A DNA stretch of 64,000 nt from Amoebidium appalachense. Lineage: Eukaryota > Protista > Ichthyosporea. Positions 1 through 24,928 of the stretch are shown piece by piece. Positions within the stretch are counted from its first letter, which is position 1. Each line of letters starts with the position of its first letter. Location: positions 7,160,454 through 7,224,453 of the forward strand of contig CAVNZM010000002.1 in the NCBI GenBank assembly GCA_963693365.1, in the 5' to 3' direction. A model generated the notes under the pieces. That model saw only the letters and a program-made list of their open reading frames with translations, did no database searches and was not told where the DNA came from. The position numbers and the translations under genes were made by a program.

Positions 1-117
1 TTCAGTGCCATGCTGACGGGTACCATGGTCACGTGGATGAACGCGTCCGTTGCCGGCCTTTTGACGCCATACGACTCATTGCTTATCAAGATGCCCGCTA
101 CTACCCCCCCTGCCTGA
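1..117 (+). CDS. 3' end of a concentrative nucleoside transporter (SLC28/CNT family), partial; tandem paralog of 4072-5748
   Basis: Frame 1 reads FSAMLTGTMVTWMNASVAGLLTPYDSLLIKMPATTPPA* with TGA at 115-117. This aligns with the C-terminus FSAMLTGTATTWMNASIAGFLLS of the downstream transporter. Confidence 0.85.
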   Translation, partial: FSAMLTGTMVTWMNASVAGLLTPYDSLLIKMPATTPPA

Positions 118-740
118 GGAGGTAAAAATAAAGGGCACAAAGGGAACGATAATGTAGGGAGGGGTGGGTAAATGTGTTTGTGTGTGTGTGTGCGTGGGGG
201 GGGGGGGGGGGAGGGAGGGGGCATGTGTGGTGGTGGTGGTGGTGGTGGTGGTGGGTGGGGGGGGGGGGGGGGAACTCTACGGTACGATATAAATAGGTAA
301 AGTAGAACAGTGGTCTTGTTTGATGGCACGATAACTTGTTTCTGGTAATAGAGCCTTAACATAGTGTATATTTATCAAAATGATATAATGATAGCTAACG
401 ATGCACTTATTATAAATAGAAAACATCTACATAGAGCATTGCTCCAGACTTTTTTTCTTTTTTTTTTTCTTTTTTTTTTTCGTTTTTTAAACCGTCGGCT
501 CAGCCGTCTATTTTCTTTGTAACGACCAAACATAGTCTTTTCACACTGGTGGACTACTTGAAAACCAGTAAATGATTTGGTATGTAAGGAAAATCATGGA
601 TTTATGTAGCCATGTAAGGGTGGTCGATTACGACCCGGCCAGTTCAACCCTCACATAAGCACGCATATCCCCAGTAAAGCCGTGCAACCAAGTGTTAGCG
701 GATGTCTCGAGCTCGCAGTTACTCTCTAACACATTCTAAA

Positions 741-771
<31 letters not shown>

Positions 772-1151
772 TTCTCACCCTCCTCTGCCCCCCTGGCGAC
801 TCCTGTCAATCAGAGACACACACGCACCGGGTTGCACTAAACATTTTCACCCCACCACCCCCTCCACCAACCGAGCCACAACGGTGTCGTGCTCTCTTAT
901 CATTTTGAGAAAGACTATTCGTACTAAAACAGTGCACCCTCCTATCACAGCTACATGTCATGTAAGGGGTAGGCTGCTGCTTATAACGTTAATTACAGTA
1001 CACTTTGGCGTTTGCAACACGAAAAGATCAGGGTCATGATCAAGCTTAGCCGTAAGAAAGGTCAACCTGGGAATCATTGCGTATTTGGTGCTCAGAGACT
1101 GACAGACTGCCAGAGATTTTTCCAGAATTCCCAGCTGTCCAGATCCATCCC

Positions 1152-1182
<31 letters not shown>

Positions 1183-1310
1183 AAAAAACCTGGCCACCAT
1201 GGAGAACGTGCCAGTGATCACCATCATGGCCACCACCTATGCAGACACGGCGAAAAGGCACAGACACACGTCGCGCGCACGCGTGCGCACACGCGCACAC
1301 ACAAACACAT

Positions 1311-3384
<2,074 letters not shown>

Positions 3385-4071
3385 GGGGGGGAGGGGGGGG
3401 GGGGGGGGGGGGGGGGGGGCTTCGGCCTACGAGCCCATTTTCCGAAAGTTTTTTTGGCGATTCCGAAAAGGCGGTTTGACGTTCCCCGAAAATCGAACCC
3501 TGGTCGGGGAAGTTCGAATTCTTGGTTTGTGAGTACACCAATCGTTGGGCTTCTGCGAATTCTACGGAATTCTAGCCAGATCCAGCCACAGCATGTGTGT
3601 CGGTGTGGCACCTACATTGGAAAAATAACACACTCATATAGGCAGCAAAAGTAAGATAAAATTTGGAAAACTAAATAAAACAGTTTTTGTGTAAAACCTG
3701 TTTTTATTACATGAACATACCGCGAAATGCCTATAGAGTGGATGTATGTAACAGTATGATTGTTGCAACTTGCCGCAGCTCACTTTCAGTGTCGCAGAAG
3801 CTGATTCGCTGCATATATTTCAAACGCCAATCCGCTTTCAAAGATGGCTCACTTTTAGAAACGGAAAATATGATTGGCGTTATGAAAAGCGTGTTCCGAT
3901 TGGGTGATAGGTTCCTCCGGCTAAATATAAATGCTTTCGGTTGTTGGAGCCACTTTCATCAGTTCTTCGAAAAAAACCCGGAAAAAACACGGCGCAGCTT
4001 GCCCAACGATCGGCTTCGGCGCCACTTCAATACAACAAATACTTCACGCGATAGAACAAAATCTTTTCAAA

Positions 4072-5748
4072 ATGTCTTCAGGAGCGTTTGATACGTCTGT
4101 CGACGTTGACTTGGGCAACAAGAAGGGGGTACTCGAGGCCTCAGTTGCCTACTGCGACGTAAAGGGCACCACCGCAGCCGAAACCGCCTGCGATGACCAT
4201 GAGCCGGAGAAGTCGACGTTCTTCATCACCCACAGAGCCAAGATCAACCTCGGTGCCAAAATCACCCTCTTTCTAGCTTTTTCAGCCTACTTTATCGCCG
4301 CATGTGTGCTGGACTTCCAACGAGCCATCCCTCTTGTGGGCATGACAGCGTTTGTTGCTTTTTGCGTTTTGTGGGCGTTTGTCAGCGACAACTACAGTGA
4401 CAGTCTCTATCGTGCCATTGTCAAGCCGACCGTCGCCGTCGTCCAGGCTAACTGGCGCATTCTTCGCTGGGTGTTCCTGGCTGTTCCCGTCATCCTCTTT
4501 ATTCTGTTCATAATTCTCGATGTGCAGGGCGAATGGTACCGCCTCATCTCTCTTGGCGGTGTGTTCATGTTCATCGGCGTGGGTTATTTGTGCTCGTGGA
4601 AGAGAAGCCATGTGAACTGGCGGCCCATCATCTGGGGTATTTGCATCCAGTTCTGCTTTGGCTTCCTTGTGCTGAAGTGGGAGCCCGGATTCAAGGCCCT
4701 CGACTGGCTCTCCGGACACGTGTCCCGCTTCCTTGCGTACTCGGACGAGGGTGCAAAGTTTGTGTTTGGGGACGTGTTTATGGACCACTTCTTTGCCTTC
4801 AAGGTGCTGCCGGTGGTGATCTTCTTTGCGGCATTCATGGGCATCTGCTACTACTTCGGCCTCATGCAGATGGTCATTGCCAAGATCTCGTGGGTCATGC
4901 AGAAGACCCTCGGCACGTCTGCTGCCGAGTCTCTCAATGCTGCCGGCAACATTTTCCTTGGCCAGACCGAGGCGCCCCTCCTGATCAAGCCGTTCCTCAA
5001 GGGCATGACCAAGTCCGAGCTGCATGCCGTCATGACGGGTGGGTTTGGCACCATTGCCGGCAGTGTCATGGCCGCATTCATCGGCTTCGGCATCTCCGCC
5101 AGCTCCCTGATGGCAGCATCCGTGATGGCGGCACCTGCCTGCCTGGCCATGTCCAAGCTGGTCTACCCCGAGACAGAGGAGTCGGAGACGGCCGCCGGCA
5201 GCGACTTCGAGCTGCCCAAGTCGGAGGCCAGCAACGTCATTGAGGCTGCATCTGCCGGTGCCAGCGATGCCATCCCCCTGGTGGCAAATATTGCTGCAGC
5301 TATGATTGCCTTCGTGTCCCTTCTCGCATTTGTCAACAACGTGTTCCAGTTTGTCGGTTGGATGGTGGGCATCGAGGGGTTCACCTTCGAGCTGATGTGC
5401 TCGTACGTGCTGCGCCCTGTGGCCTTCATGATGGGTGTGCCGTGGGCTGACGCCGGCAACGTGGCATCCCTCATGGGTCTCAAGACTTTTGTTAACGAGT
5501 TTGTTGCATACACCCGTCTTTCCGAAATGATTAAGGCCGGTCTGGTGGGCAAGCGTGCCGAGACGATTGCAACGTTTGCGCTGTGCGGGTTTGCCAACTT
5601 CAGCTCCATTGCCGTGCAGCTTGGCGGGCTGGGCGCCATGGCCCCCAACCGTTACAAGGACCTGGCCACGCTGGCCTTCAGCGCAATGCTCACAGGCACC
5701 GCCACCACATGGATGAACGCCTCCATCGCCGGTTTCCTCTTGAGCTAA
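4072..5748 (+). CDS. Na+/H+-coupled concentrative nucleoside transporter (SLC28/CNT family), intronless
   Basis: Long hydrophobic ORF. The track ORF is 3931-5748; the likely ATG is at 4072 (MSSGAFD). It carries CNT motifs FFAFKVLPVVIFF, GTSAAESLNAAGNIFLGQTEAPLLIKPFL, ELHAVMTGGFGTIAGSV, KTFVNEFVAY and TFALCGFANFSS, plus the eukaryote-type N-terminal transmembrane extension. Confidence 0.95.
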   Translation: MSSGAFDTSVDVDLGNKKGVLEASVAYCDVKGTTAAETACDDHEPEKSTFFITHRAKINLGAKITLFLAFSAYFIAACVLDFQRAIPLVGMTAFVAFCVLWAFVSDNYSDSLYRAIVKPTVAVVQANWRILRWVFLAVPVILFILFIILDVQGEWYRLISLGGVFMFIGVGYLCSWKRSHVNWRPIIWGICIQFCFGFLVLKWEPGFKALDWLSGHVSRFLAYSDEGAKFVFGDVFMDHFFAFKVLPVVIFFAAFMGICYYFGLMQMVIAKISWVMQKTLGTSAAESLNAAGNIFLGQTEAPLLIKPFLKGMTKSELHAVMTGGFGTIAGSVMAAFIGFGISASSLMAASVMAAPACLAMSKLVYPETEESETAAGSDFELPKSEASNVIEAASAGASDAIPLVANIAAAMIAFVSLLAFVNNVFQFVGWMVGIEGFTFELMCSYVLRPVAFMMGVPWADAGNVASLMGLKTFVNEFVAYTRLSEMIKAGLVGKRAETIATFALCGFANFSSIAVQLGGLGAMAPNRYKDLATLAFSAMLTGTATTWMNASIAGFLLS

Positions 5749-6278
5749 AACTCGATTTTTTAAGCTACTAAGGCCTTTAAAAATTAGTTACGTACGCGAA
5801 TCATGGTTTTAAATTATGAGGCTGAAATGTTCTAATAGTTTTAAACTTTAAGCCTTTTATTGTGTACCATATTGGATTGTTTATCACAGTGTACGAAAAA
5901 CATTAGAATTTTGTTGCCTGGCGCAACACCGCAGCTGTACACAAATCTAAAGGAATAAAAGCTTGCTATAAAATCATTCAATGTTCTGGTTTTAACCATG
6001 CCTGTCACAAAATTTTACCGTGGCACCAGTGACCTTTAAAAGTTTGGTGCACTAATTTCATGTGACTGCAGGCTGGCTTCGTCGCAGGTTGTTAGCAAGT
6101 GTGAGCTTGAGGGACGGTGGAAAGACCGAACAAAAGCAGCTATCGAGAGAGAAAGCTGCGTAGCACACGGATGTGAACCGGAGAGTCTACAACACACCGA
6201 GAGCCTCGGAATGGAGAAGGAGGGGGGAACACCGGGAGAGCCTGAGGGTGCGGGAAGGGTTGGTGGTGGTGGTCCGCC

Positions 6279-6317
<39 letters not shown>

Positions 6318-6534
6318 GGGGGGAGGGGGGGGGGGGGGGGGGGTTTGAGGGAAGCATACATGGGCCATCTATGCTGAATTTGGCCGGTGCAAGCTATGGC
6401 ACCACCAGTGACACGGACAGGGGCTGTGTGCTTCTGTGCCGTACGTGAAATATCTGCACACTGGGGGGGAGGGGGGGGGGGGGGGAGGGGGTGGCAGAAG
6501 GGGGAGTGAGGGAAGGAGGGGGGGGGGGGGGGAG

Positions 6535-6621
<87 letters not shown>

Positions 6622-7165
6622 AGACGTTTCCTTCGGGAATAGTTTCTACTTTGCTCTGATGGGAGTCATTTTTTTATGTCCCCTTGGGGGGAATGGGAAG
6701 TGCCACTAGGGTGGGGTTGGGTGGGGGTAGGGTGGGGGGAGGGGGGAGGGGGTTGGAAAGAGGATTTGAAACATTCCATCGTTTGCCAGGTTATAATCAA
6801 AGAACACAGAAAGACTACTCCAAGTGTATGGACTGAAGGCCTTGAAGACTGAACATGTGAAAGCTATCAGGTTGGATACCTTGCATTGAGGGGTGGATCT
6901 AACGGGACATCCACAAAATTATTGGTTTTTGTGTGTATGTATGTGTGTGGTAGGATTGGCGGGGATAGGATGGGGTGGGGGGAGGAGTTGGGTGGGTGGG
7001 TGGGTGGGTGGTGGTGATGGTGGTGGTGTGTGCCAGACTGTGTGTATGTGTGTTTGGGGGGGCGGGAAGGGGGGAGGAGAGGAATAAGGGGTGTGTGTGT
7101 GTAGGAGGGAAGAGGGGAGTCGAGCAGAATCTAAGGGGACGGGGGGGAGAGAGACAGACAGACAG

Positions 7166-7707
<542 letters not shown>

Positions 7708-8543
7708 GTGTTATTGGGGGGAAAGGGGAGGGAGGTGGAGGATGAAACGAGTTTTATCACTGGAATGACTAAAACTTTGCTAAGGAACCATGACAGATAC
7801 CATTACTAGTAAACCTTCAGGGCATTTAGCAACCGAAATTTGGGATACACTTACAGTATTCCTTTCATGATATGTATCCCACATTCCTGAATTTCAAAAT
7901 CACCATGTTCTAGTAGTAACTTTGCTAGACCCAAATGACCTGAAACCGTGCTGGGCATAACTTTCCCTACAGCTTGAAATCAGGTAGGCCTCCCACAGGA
8001 TAACGTTCAACTTTTTGAAAAAGTAATCAGTGACTCGTAATGCAGGTTAGTGCTTAGTGTCTTCTTTCTTTCTCATCCTTTCTAATTAGTCTCCCCTGCC
8101 TCCTCCTCCCCCCCCCCCCCCCCCCCCGCCCCTCAGGGAAAAAAAAAAAAAGGGCCCCGTCCCCTCCCCCTCCCCCCCCCCCCCCTCCCCCCCCTCCCTC
8201 CCCCCCCCCCCCCCCCTCCCCCCAGAAAAAAAAAAAAAAAAAAAGGGCCCCGTCCCTCTCCCCCCCCCCCCCCCTCCCCCCCCCCCCCCTTCCCCCCTCT
8301 CATCCTCCTCCCCCATCCCTCCACTCTCTCACCCTCTCCACCACCTTAACCCTCCAGCCACAGCAAGCCACCCACACAGTCAACACATGGATGCTGGACC
8401 CCCCCCCCCCCTCCCCAGCACGTATCAACCCCCCCCCTCCCCCCCTCCCCCCCCCCCCCTCCCCCCCCCACCCCCCCCCCCCCCAAAAAAAAAAAAAAAA
8501 AAAAAAGCTCAAAATGTTTTCCCATTTTCCACTGTGGTGACAT

Positions 8544-9863
8544 TCACACATCCGACAAATGCATGCTGTCGGCCAGAAACCACTGTATGGCCTTTCTAGC
8601 CACGTCTCTGGGCACGGTGTGACCCCCCTCAAACTCCTCATATTGCACAGCCAGGTTTTGCTTCTGCAGTCTTGGAACTAGCCGGCGACTGCAGCGGTCA
8701 ATGGAAAGAACACCGTCACCCACCTGAAGGGGGGGGGGGGGGGGGGGGGGGGGGTAAGGGGGTACATATGGTGTGGATGAGAAAAATGATATGATACAAT
8801 GGGTGATGGAAAGAGATGTGTTGAGAGGGGGGGAGGGGGGGGCGGTGGGGAAGTGGCTGGGGAGGGGAGGTGGGACGGGGGAGGTGGGGGGGGATTTTTT
8901 TCGAGGGGGGGAGGGGGGGGGGGGAGGAGAAGGGAGGAAGGAGGGGGAGGGGGGGGGGGAAATGGAGGAGGGAGGGGAGGTGGGACAGGCAAGCGCACCT
9001 GAGCTGGAGTAGGGAGGCAGGGGGCCCCGGGGGGGGGGGGGGGGGGGGGAGGGGGGGGGGGGGGGGGGGGGGGGGGAGGAAGGGGGGGAGGTAGAAGGGG
9101 AGAGGGAATCAGAGAGTGCAATGCTGAAGGGAAGTTTAGAAGGGAGGGGAAAGGGGGATAAACGTGAATGTGCAGATCGGGGGGTTGGCGGGAAAAGGGG
9201 TGGGTGGGTTGGGTGGATGGGTGGGTGGGTGAGGGGGGGGGGGGAGAGGGGGGGGGGGGGGGGGGGGAGGGGGGGGACAAAGAAAACCAGTGTACCTTTG
9301 TTTGCATGGGGGGTTTCCGGGAAGAACATTGATGGAAATGAGTTCCCAGGGTTCGAGGGGGAGATAGCTCTATTCTCAGATTTCTTTTTTGCTTCATTTT
9401 CCTTGCTTTCCGTTTTTTCTTTCCTTTTTCATCCCTTTTTGGCGGGTGGATCATTGGGTGGGGTTGGGGAAGGCGGGGGGGAAGGGTGGGGGTTTTGAAA
9501 TGGGGGGGGGGGGGGGAGAAGGGAGGGGGTGGGAGTGGGGAGGTGGGGGGGGGGGGGGGAGAGATAGAGAGAAGGAGGGGGGGGGGGGGGGGGATCAAAA
9601 AAATTTACCCCGTGAGTGATGAAGAAACGAGGGCTGCCATGCACACGGGTGGGAGCCATGAACCCGGGAGAAAATGCCAGAACGTGCCGGAAAAGATCGC
9701 CATTGTTGAGGCCCAGAGAGATGGCATAGGAGGCACCGTCACTGAATCCACCAATGGCTATGCGGCTAGAGTCCACATCATAGCTGGAAAATGTGTGTGT
9801 GTGTGGGGAGGGAGGGGTGGGGGGAAAGGATGGGGGGGATGGGGGGGGGGGGGTGGTTCTGAC

Positions 9864-9895
<32 letters not shown>

Positions 9896-9968
9896 GGGGG
9901 TTGGTCACTGTATGTATGTGTGTGCCGCAGTGTGTGCGTGTGTGTGTGTGTGTGTAGTGTGTGTGTAC

Positions 9969-10048
<80 letters not shown>

Positions 10049-10074
10049 TGTGTGTGCGTGTGTGTCTGTGCGTG

Positions 10075-10133
<59 letters not shown>

Positions 10134-10816
10134 CGAGAAGGGGGGGGGGGGGGGGGGGGGGTGCACTCATGAGGGGTTGTAGTGGCCATAATGAAAATGG
10201 AACAGAGTATGTATTCATATCCCAAAAAAGGGAGCCGAGGGCCTTTTCTATTCTTTTCTTTCTCTTTCTTTTATTTTGTTGTTTTTGGGGAGGGGGGACA
10301 GGGGGAGGGGGGGGAGGGGGGGACGGGTATTTGTGTGCATGTGCCAGTGTGTGCGAGAGGGGGGGAGGGAGGGGGTGGACGGCCGAGAAAGGAAAGAAAA
10401 AGAACTGTTATCTATTCAATAGTGTTTTTTAAATATCACTGCATACTGCTTAGTCCTTTCAGTGTGCATGAGTCGGCTCTGATAACGGTACTGTGTGCAT
10501 GTGTCCACCCATTTCTTTGTCTGTGTGCCCTCGGTGTGCCCGTGGGGGGGAGGAGAGAGGGGGGAGGGGGGCGGGGCCGGGGGGGAGGAAGAGACGCCAA
10601 TCTATGTCTTATGTCTGTAGCAGGTAGTGCTAGAGTGTCTACAGGTCCGAGTCTTAAAAGTGTGTGTTGTCCTTTGTTAGATCCGAACGAGGTTTTCTGC
10701 CGTGTGCATAAAACTGTAACGTAACTTAGAGCTGTGATCGCCGAAATGGTGCGTTTGTATGCCTGTGTTTAGGTTTGTTATTGGAGAGGGCGGGGGAAGG
10801 GGGGAAGGTGGCAGGG

Positions 10817-10848
<32 letters not shown>

Positions 10849-11358
10849 GGGGGGGGGGGGGGGGGGGGGGAGAAGAGGAAGATATGGGAGAGGGGTGTCA
10901 GGGGTGGGTGGGTAGGTGGGTATGTGCATTTGTGAATGAGTTTCGCAGGGAAGGGAGGGAGGAGGGGGGGGGGGGGGGGGGGTCTACTTCAATACAGGAA
11001 TCAACCAGGATTAATCCGTAACAATCATTGAATAACAAAGATACACCTGAGCAGAATCAATTTACCGTCATTGATTTCCGACCGATTCCCGCACAAGAAT
11101 GTTTTTCTTCTTTTTTCCCCCCAGCTGGTCATTGTAGTTTAGAGATCCGATCTCCGAGCATTTGGAATTATCCTTGATTGATTTCTTTATAACTAACTTG
11201 ATTATTTTTTGGGAAGGCCACCCCCCCCCCCCCCCCTCCCAAAAAAAAAAAAAAAAAAAAAAAAAACCCAACAACAACAAGACCCACACACACATACACA
11301 CACTCACACACATACAAAATATCGTAAGTGATCCCCCCCCCCCCCCCCCCCCCTTTCC

Positions 11359-11389
<31 letters not shown>

Positions 11390-11864
11390 GAAGAAAGAAA
11401 AAAACAAAACAAAAAAGAACAAATAAAATAAAGCACACAAGCAAACCCACCTACCCCTCAAACACACGGCCCAGCGCATGGTCCACATAGTCCACATCAG
11501 CCCCAAACCCACCGCGGCTGATCACATCCCACGAAGAAGCGTGGGAGTCGGGTGCAAGCAAAATACACCCATGGTCTGTTGCAAGGCTGGAAAACATGTC
11601 TGTCATCTGACGCCCATCCGCCCCGGCACCGTGAAAGAGAACGAGAAGAGGAGAGGGGTTGTCCAGGGGAAGAGTTTGGGGAACAAAGAGCCAGCCGTCG
11701 CGTGGGTGAGAGGGGTCGAGCGGGTGAAGATGTAGGGGAATGAGACCTCGTTTGGGTCCATGGAGGTGTGGGGGGGTGGGTGTTTGTTCCTGTGTGAGGG
11801 GTGTGTGGGAATGGCGCCAGGGACGGGCGCGGAGAATGCCTGCGGCGGATTCCGAACCAAGCAT
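8544..11864 (-). CDS. Phospholipase/carboxylesterase (alpha/beta-hydrolase, bacterial-type), 3 exons, about 254 aa
   Basis: Exons are 11864-11455 (alternative ATG at 11888), 9783-9609 and 8723-8544, with GT-AG ends and consistent phases. The spliced protein contains RDGWLFVP, LLVLFHGAG, LLAPDS..SWDVI..GFGADV, IAIGGFSDGASYAISLGL (nucleophile Ser in GxSxG), FITHGVGDGVL (Asp) and EFEGGHTVP (His). Confidence 0.92.
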
Positions 11865-13254
11865 GGTGATATGTGAAGCACGGCGCATAAATAACTGGTG
11901 GAGGAACGGAAACAAACAGAAAAAAAGAAAGAGAATAATAATGGTAGTGGTGTTGTGGGAGATTCGTGAGAATGCAGCTTGTAGTTTGGTGTGTGGGCCA
12001 AATTTTGGAATGTAAAAAAAATCCTAGCTCGGACAATTATCGAGGCTTTTGTGGTCCACAGCGCTGGAAGGCTTGTTACTTTGAATGTTGATGGAATAGC
12101 ACGGCCTTCCTAACCATAGCTAACTCAACCTGCTTTATTGCCAGCTCAATATTACTTCGAATAACTTGTATGCCCAACCCGTTTTGTTTTGCATGCACTT
12201 GAACCTGGCCAACACTAGCTACTAAGGTCAAACTCATTCGAAGTTGAACGTTCCTGCACCGGCCTAAGCAAGTTGTCTGTCTGGCGAGGACGTAAGCAAG
12301 GTCGAATTGCCATTTACTGCTTTCACTTGCAATAGTGGTCATCGTATGCTGAGTCAACAGTAACGTGTACATTTTCGGACATGTCATGCCCATGCGGTCA
12401 CGGTGATGCAACTGTCCATGATGGCGTTTAAACATGTGCACCGCCCGCAACCACTGCAAGCAAACCACGCATGTGCACATGATTTGTCTTGATTTGTCCC
12501 CTTAACACACCGGTACGTACGGTACCGCGTGCATGGTTTTTATAAAACTAGAGAAGGCTCTCTGCACACTCTCCGGTCAACAGGGCTACTCTCAGCAGCT
12601 GAGGCTCACATGCATGCCGCAGTGAAGCGGGCGAGTCAGCCCCTCTGCAGGGGCCAGGCTTCTGGCCATGGATCGATCAGCCTGCCCGCTCCTGCCTGCT
12701 CGCACCATGGTGGCCATGTGGACAATCGTCCATCAGAATGCTTCGTTTTGGACGGTTTATTCGTTAGCTAAAGGAGAAGGCATGAAAGTTTTATTTCTTC
12801 TGGCCCCACCTCTCTTTATTTTTTTCTTGTTCTTTTTCTACAAGTGAAGCCTGTCAGCGCAGAGTATACGCATGACGTCATAACAAGCTATGAAACAAGC
12901 AATTTCTGAAAGAATACAGCCCGACACTGTAGACTGGACCTGTGTGATCAGCCCGCTGCCCGGGCCAGATGTCGATGGGCCCGGCGGCGCCTCCGCCCAG
13001 CCTGTCGGCAGGACAGATGCGTGAGCCACGGGCCGGTCAAGCTCGGCGACCCAGCCGGGCCTGTCACAATTTCGGGAACGTTTTTTCTATTTTCAGCTTT
13101 TCTTTTGTCTCAGTTTTTTCAGTTTTTTTCTCAGCATCTTTCGAAGTGGGCGAGAAATTAGTAGAAAATGTGGCCACCCTCAGAAGAAGAGCTTGTAAAG
13201 CTGTACATGGGGGGGCCTCAATGGAGAAAAAAGGGGGGGAGGGGCTGGGTCCTG

Positions 13255-13503
13255 CTATAACATTCCTCGTACCTTCCTGAGGGACTCGTTCAAGTCCAAG
13301 CGCTGCTCATTAGTGTAGGTTTGAAGCTCGTTGTGCCACCCCTCCAACCTAGCACGCCGGGGGAGCCCATTCTCATCCACCAGACCGTCAAAGAGGCCAT
13401 GGTCACGAGCCAGACGGGCCAGCTCCTCCACCCAACCGTCATACCCAGCTGCGCTCGTAATAATGGCACGAAGCTGGGGTGCAGTGTACTGAGGCTGACT
13501 CAT
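13255..13503 (-). CDS. Small hypothetical protein or first exon (MSQPQYTAPQLRAII...LNESLRK)
   Basis: ATG-initiated ORF with non-repetitive, protein-like composition in a microsatellite-free island. It has a possible GT donor after SLRK (AAG|GTACGA) and CCAAT motifs upstream. No family recognised. Confidence 0.35.
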   Translation of the reverse strand: MSQPQYTAPQLRAIITSAAGYDGWVEELARLARDHGLFDGLVDENGLPRRARLEGWHNELQTYTNEQRLDLNESLRKVRGML

Positions 13504-13604
13504 GTTTGCGGTGTCGTGTTATTTGGAAAAACGGGCGATGCAAACTGACCTCAACCGCCAGCGTCGCTGCTTTATGAAGGCTGCGTGAACTCTGCCGCCA
13601 AAAA

Positions 13605-14045
13605 CAGCCAATCAATGTTAAGCGCGCCAAAACTTTTAGCCAATCAGCGTTAACTGGCGACGAGCCCTGACGGGATGGAAATCGACACCTCATTTTATGG
13701 CCGACAGGCTCGTCGGGGTGGCGATGGGCCCGGCCAGGTCTAATCACACAGATCGTTGAACTGATACGAGGAATTTGACCGCATACCAACGGCCGGCGAG
13801 CCGATCACACAGGTCCACTACAGAACCCTGATTTAAGCTCAAATTAGAAAAGGAAACATCCTCTCTTTTTCGTAGATTCCTCCTTATTTTCTTACCACGA
13901 AAAGACATCCACTCCCTCCAAGCGAGTATCGAGGGATCGAGGAAAGAATTGTTTTTGGCACTGGTCGCCACATGATTGGGTCGTTACTAACGGCCAATCA
14001 CCGCCCGTCGTGCACAGCCACCGATTTTCGTATCCAATCAGAGTA
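13605..14045. promoter_or_regulatory. CCAAT-box cluster; candidate divergent promoter between the small ORF and BCKDHA
   Basis: AGCCAATCA at about 13606 and 13638, TGATTGG at about 13973, GGCCAATCA at about 13992 and ATCCAATCA at about 14032. The cluster lies upstream of the BCKDHA ATG at 14321. Confidence 0.4.
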
Positions 14046-14320
14046 GGCGGTCGATAACCGTCTATGGCCAACAATACCAGGGTAACTATAATCACCGCAT
14101 TCTTTTATATTCCAGTCTTTTTCCAAGCATTTTAAAGAAAATGTGACCCGAAAATCCCGGAGTTATTTCCAATATATTCCATTTTATTGAATGAACTCGT
14201 CTACTGTTATAACCCTATAATAAGTTATGTTATTATTACTTTGTCACACAGAAAACTCCGTCCGTGTCGTTCGACGTTCCCAGTCTTTGTTTTGTGGTTG
14301 TATAATAGCTTTGTCTAAAC

Positions 14321-23331
<9,011 letters not shown>

Positions 23332-24214
23332 AGAGAGAGAGAGGGTGTGTGTGTGTGTGTTTGTACGTGTACGTGTAATTGTCCGTGTATGTGTGCCTGT
23401 GGAGTTTTTAAAAACCAATTTTTAGTACATGTTCAAATTTGATACTGTTCTTTTTAGGAGTTTCGGAGTTGAAGTTTTGAGTGTTATCCCGTCGGTTCAT
23501 ATATTAGAATCGGAATTCCGGTTGTCTTCTGGGTCTTGTTCAAACTCCACTTATACCAACACTCCCCATCCTCCTTGTGTATGTGGCCGTGTCAGTTTTC
23601 CTCTATTGTCCCGTATTTTGGGGGGTATTTTGAGTTTCGGGTCTAAATCTCACGTGAAGCTCCGTTCAGCGTTATTTTTTCCCGTTGCTTGTCATTTTTC
23701 CGTGTTTACTTTCCATTATATTCAGGTCATTTTCCCGTGATGGATCACTTTTCTTTAGGCATGCAATTACATGATTTCGATTCTGAGTGTGATTCTCATG
23801 CATTCACGTCTTGTTGTCATGAAGATATATGAACAATATCTCCAACATCAGAAAAAATATCGACCGTTGATGATACATATATTACGGTACGGATGTAAGT
23901 GGTGGTATCGTAGTGAATGAGTGTAAATGCACCTATAGGGGTGTCTTTGACTTGCACTAGCTCTGCGCAGGTGCACAAGTAAATTGCATTTTGGCTCGCC
24001 TGAGTCAGGCTAACCACGTACAACCCACACATGTATGCATGTACATGTGTGGACAAACCCAGATTCACGTCCCCCCCCCCCCCCCCCCCCCCCCGCCGTC
24101 CAATAATCACAAAACACCCCACCCCCACCATGTACCAACACATTCCCCCAAGACATCCCTTCTCACACAATGAACACACAAACACGTGTACCCATGCACT
24201 TTTTTTTTTTTTTT

Positions 24215-24246
<32 letters not shown>

Positions 24247-24887
24247 CAAAGTACACATTCAGAGTGGCGACACATGCACATGCACACTGGCAGACACACA
24301 CGCATGTCACATGTACACATGCACGCAGACACAAACAAGAGGGCCGGAGGATGGGGCGGATTCAGAAAAATTGTGAAATTCGACGTTATAGGGGCCGGGA
24401 CTCTCACAACGGCTGCATGTGTTTTGCCGAATATATCTATCATCTGCATAATTCCTGGTGTATGCGGCATCACAACATGCACACTTGAAGTATGTTTTCA
24501 TTTTTTATTTTTTATGTCAAATTATATTTCTCAATAGGGATATCAATTGCGCTACCCACCTAATAATAATAATAGTGGGTATAAGATATGTATACAGGTG
24601 TTTTCTACGGGTGCTTTCACACGGCACACCTCAATGTTATCTCTAAATGACGCATTCGAATACATACATTTTTAAAGTCATACATACAAAGCAGCAAGAA
24701 AAAAAATATGAGCTCGTGTGTCGCTGTGTATGTGTACACATTCGGCCTTTTGGTTATGGATGGTTATCCACACGAGCACACGAGAGTGTTCGCTGTGTGA
24801 ATGTGTGTGTGTGTGTGTGTGCAGGGTGTGTGCACATGTGTTGTTGCACACGTGTGTAAGTGGTTTAGTGTGCTTGTATGTGTCGGA

Positions 24888-24928
<41 letters not shown>

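Noticed and set aside
958-1270. Possible small exons between the CNT genes
   Set aside because: The pieces are short, the frame is ambiguous, the donor is weak and there is no recognisable similarity.
4282-5648. Antisense and alternate-frame ORFs over the CNT gene
   Set aside because: These are shadow ORFs caused by GC3-rich codon usage.
6036-6900. Possible extra minus-strand exons (about 6139-6036 and 6453-6360)
   Set aside because: Splice-like ends are present, but there is no recognisable protein and no consistent upstream exon chain.
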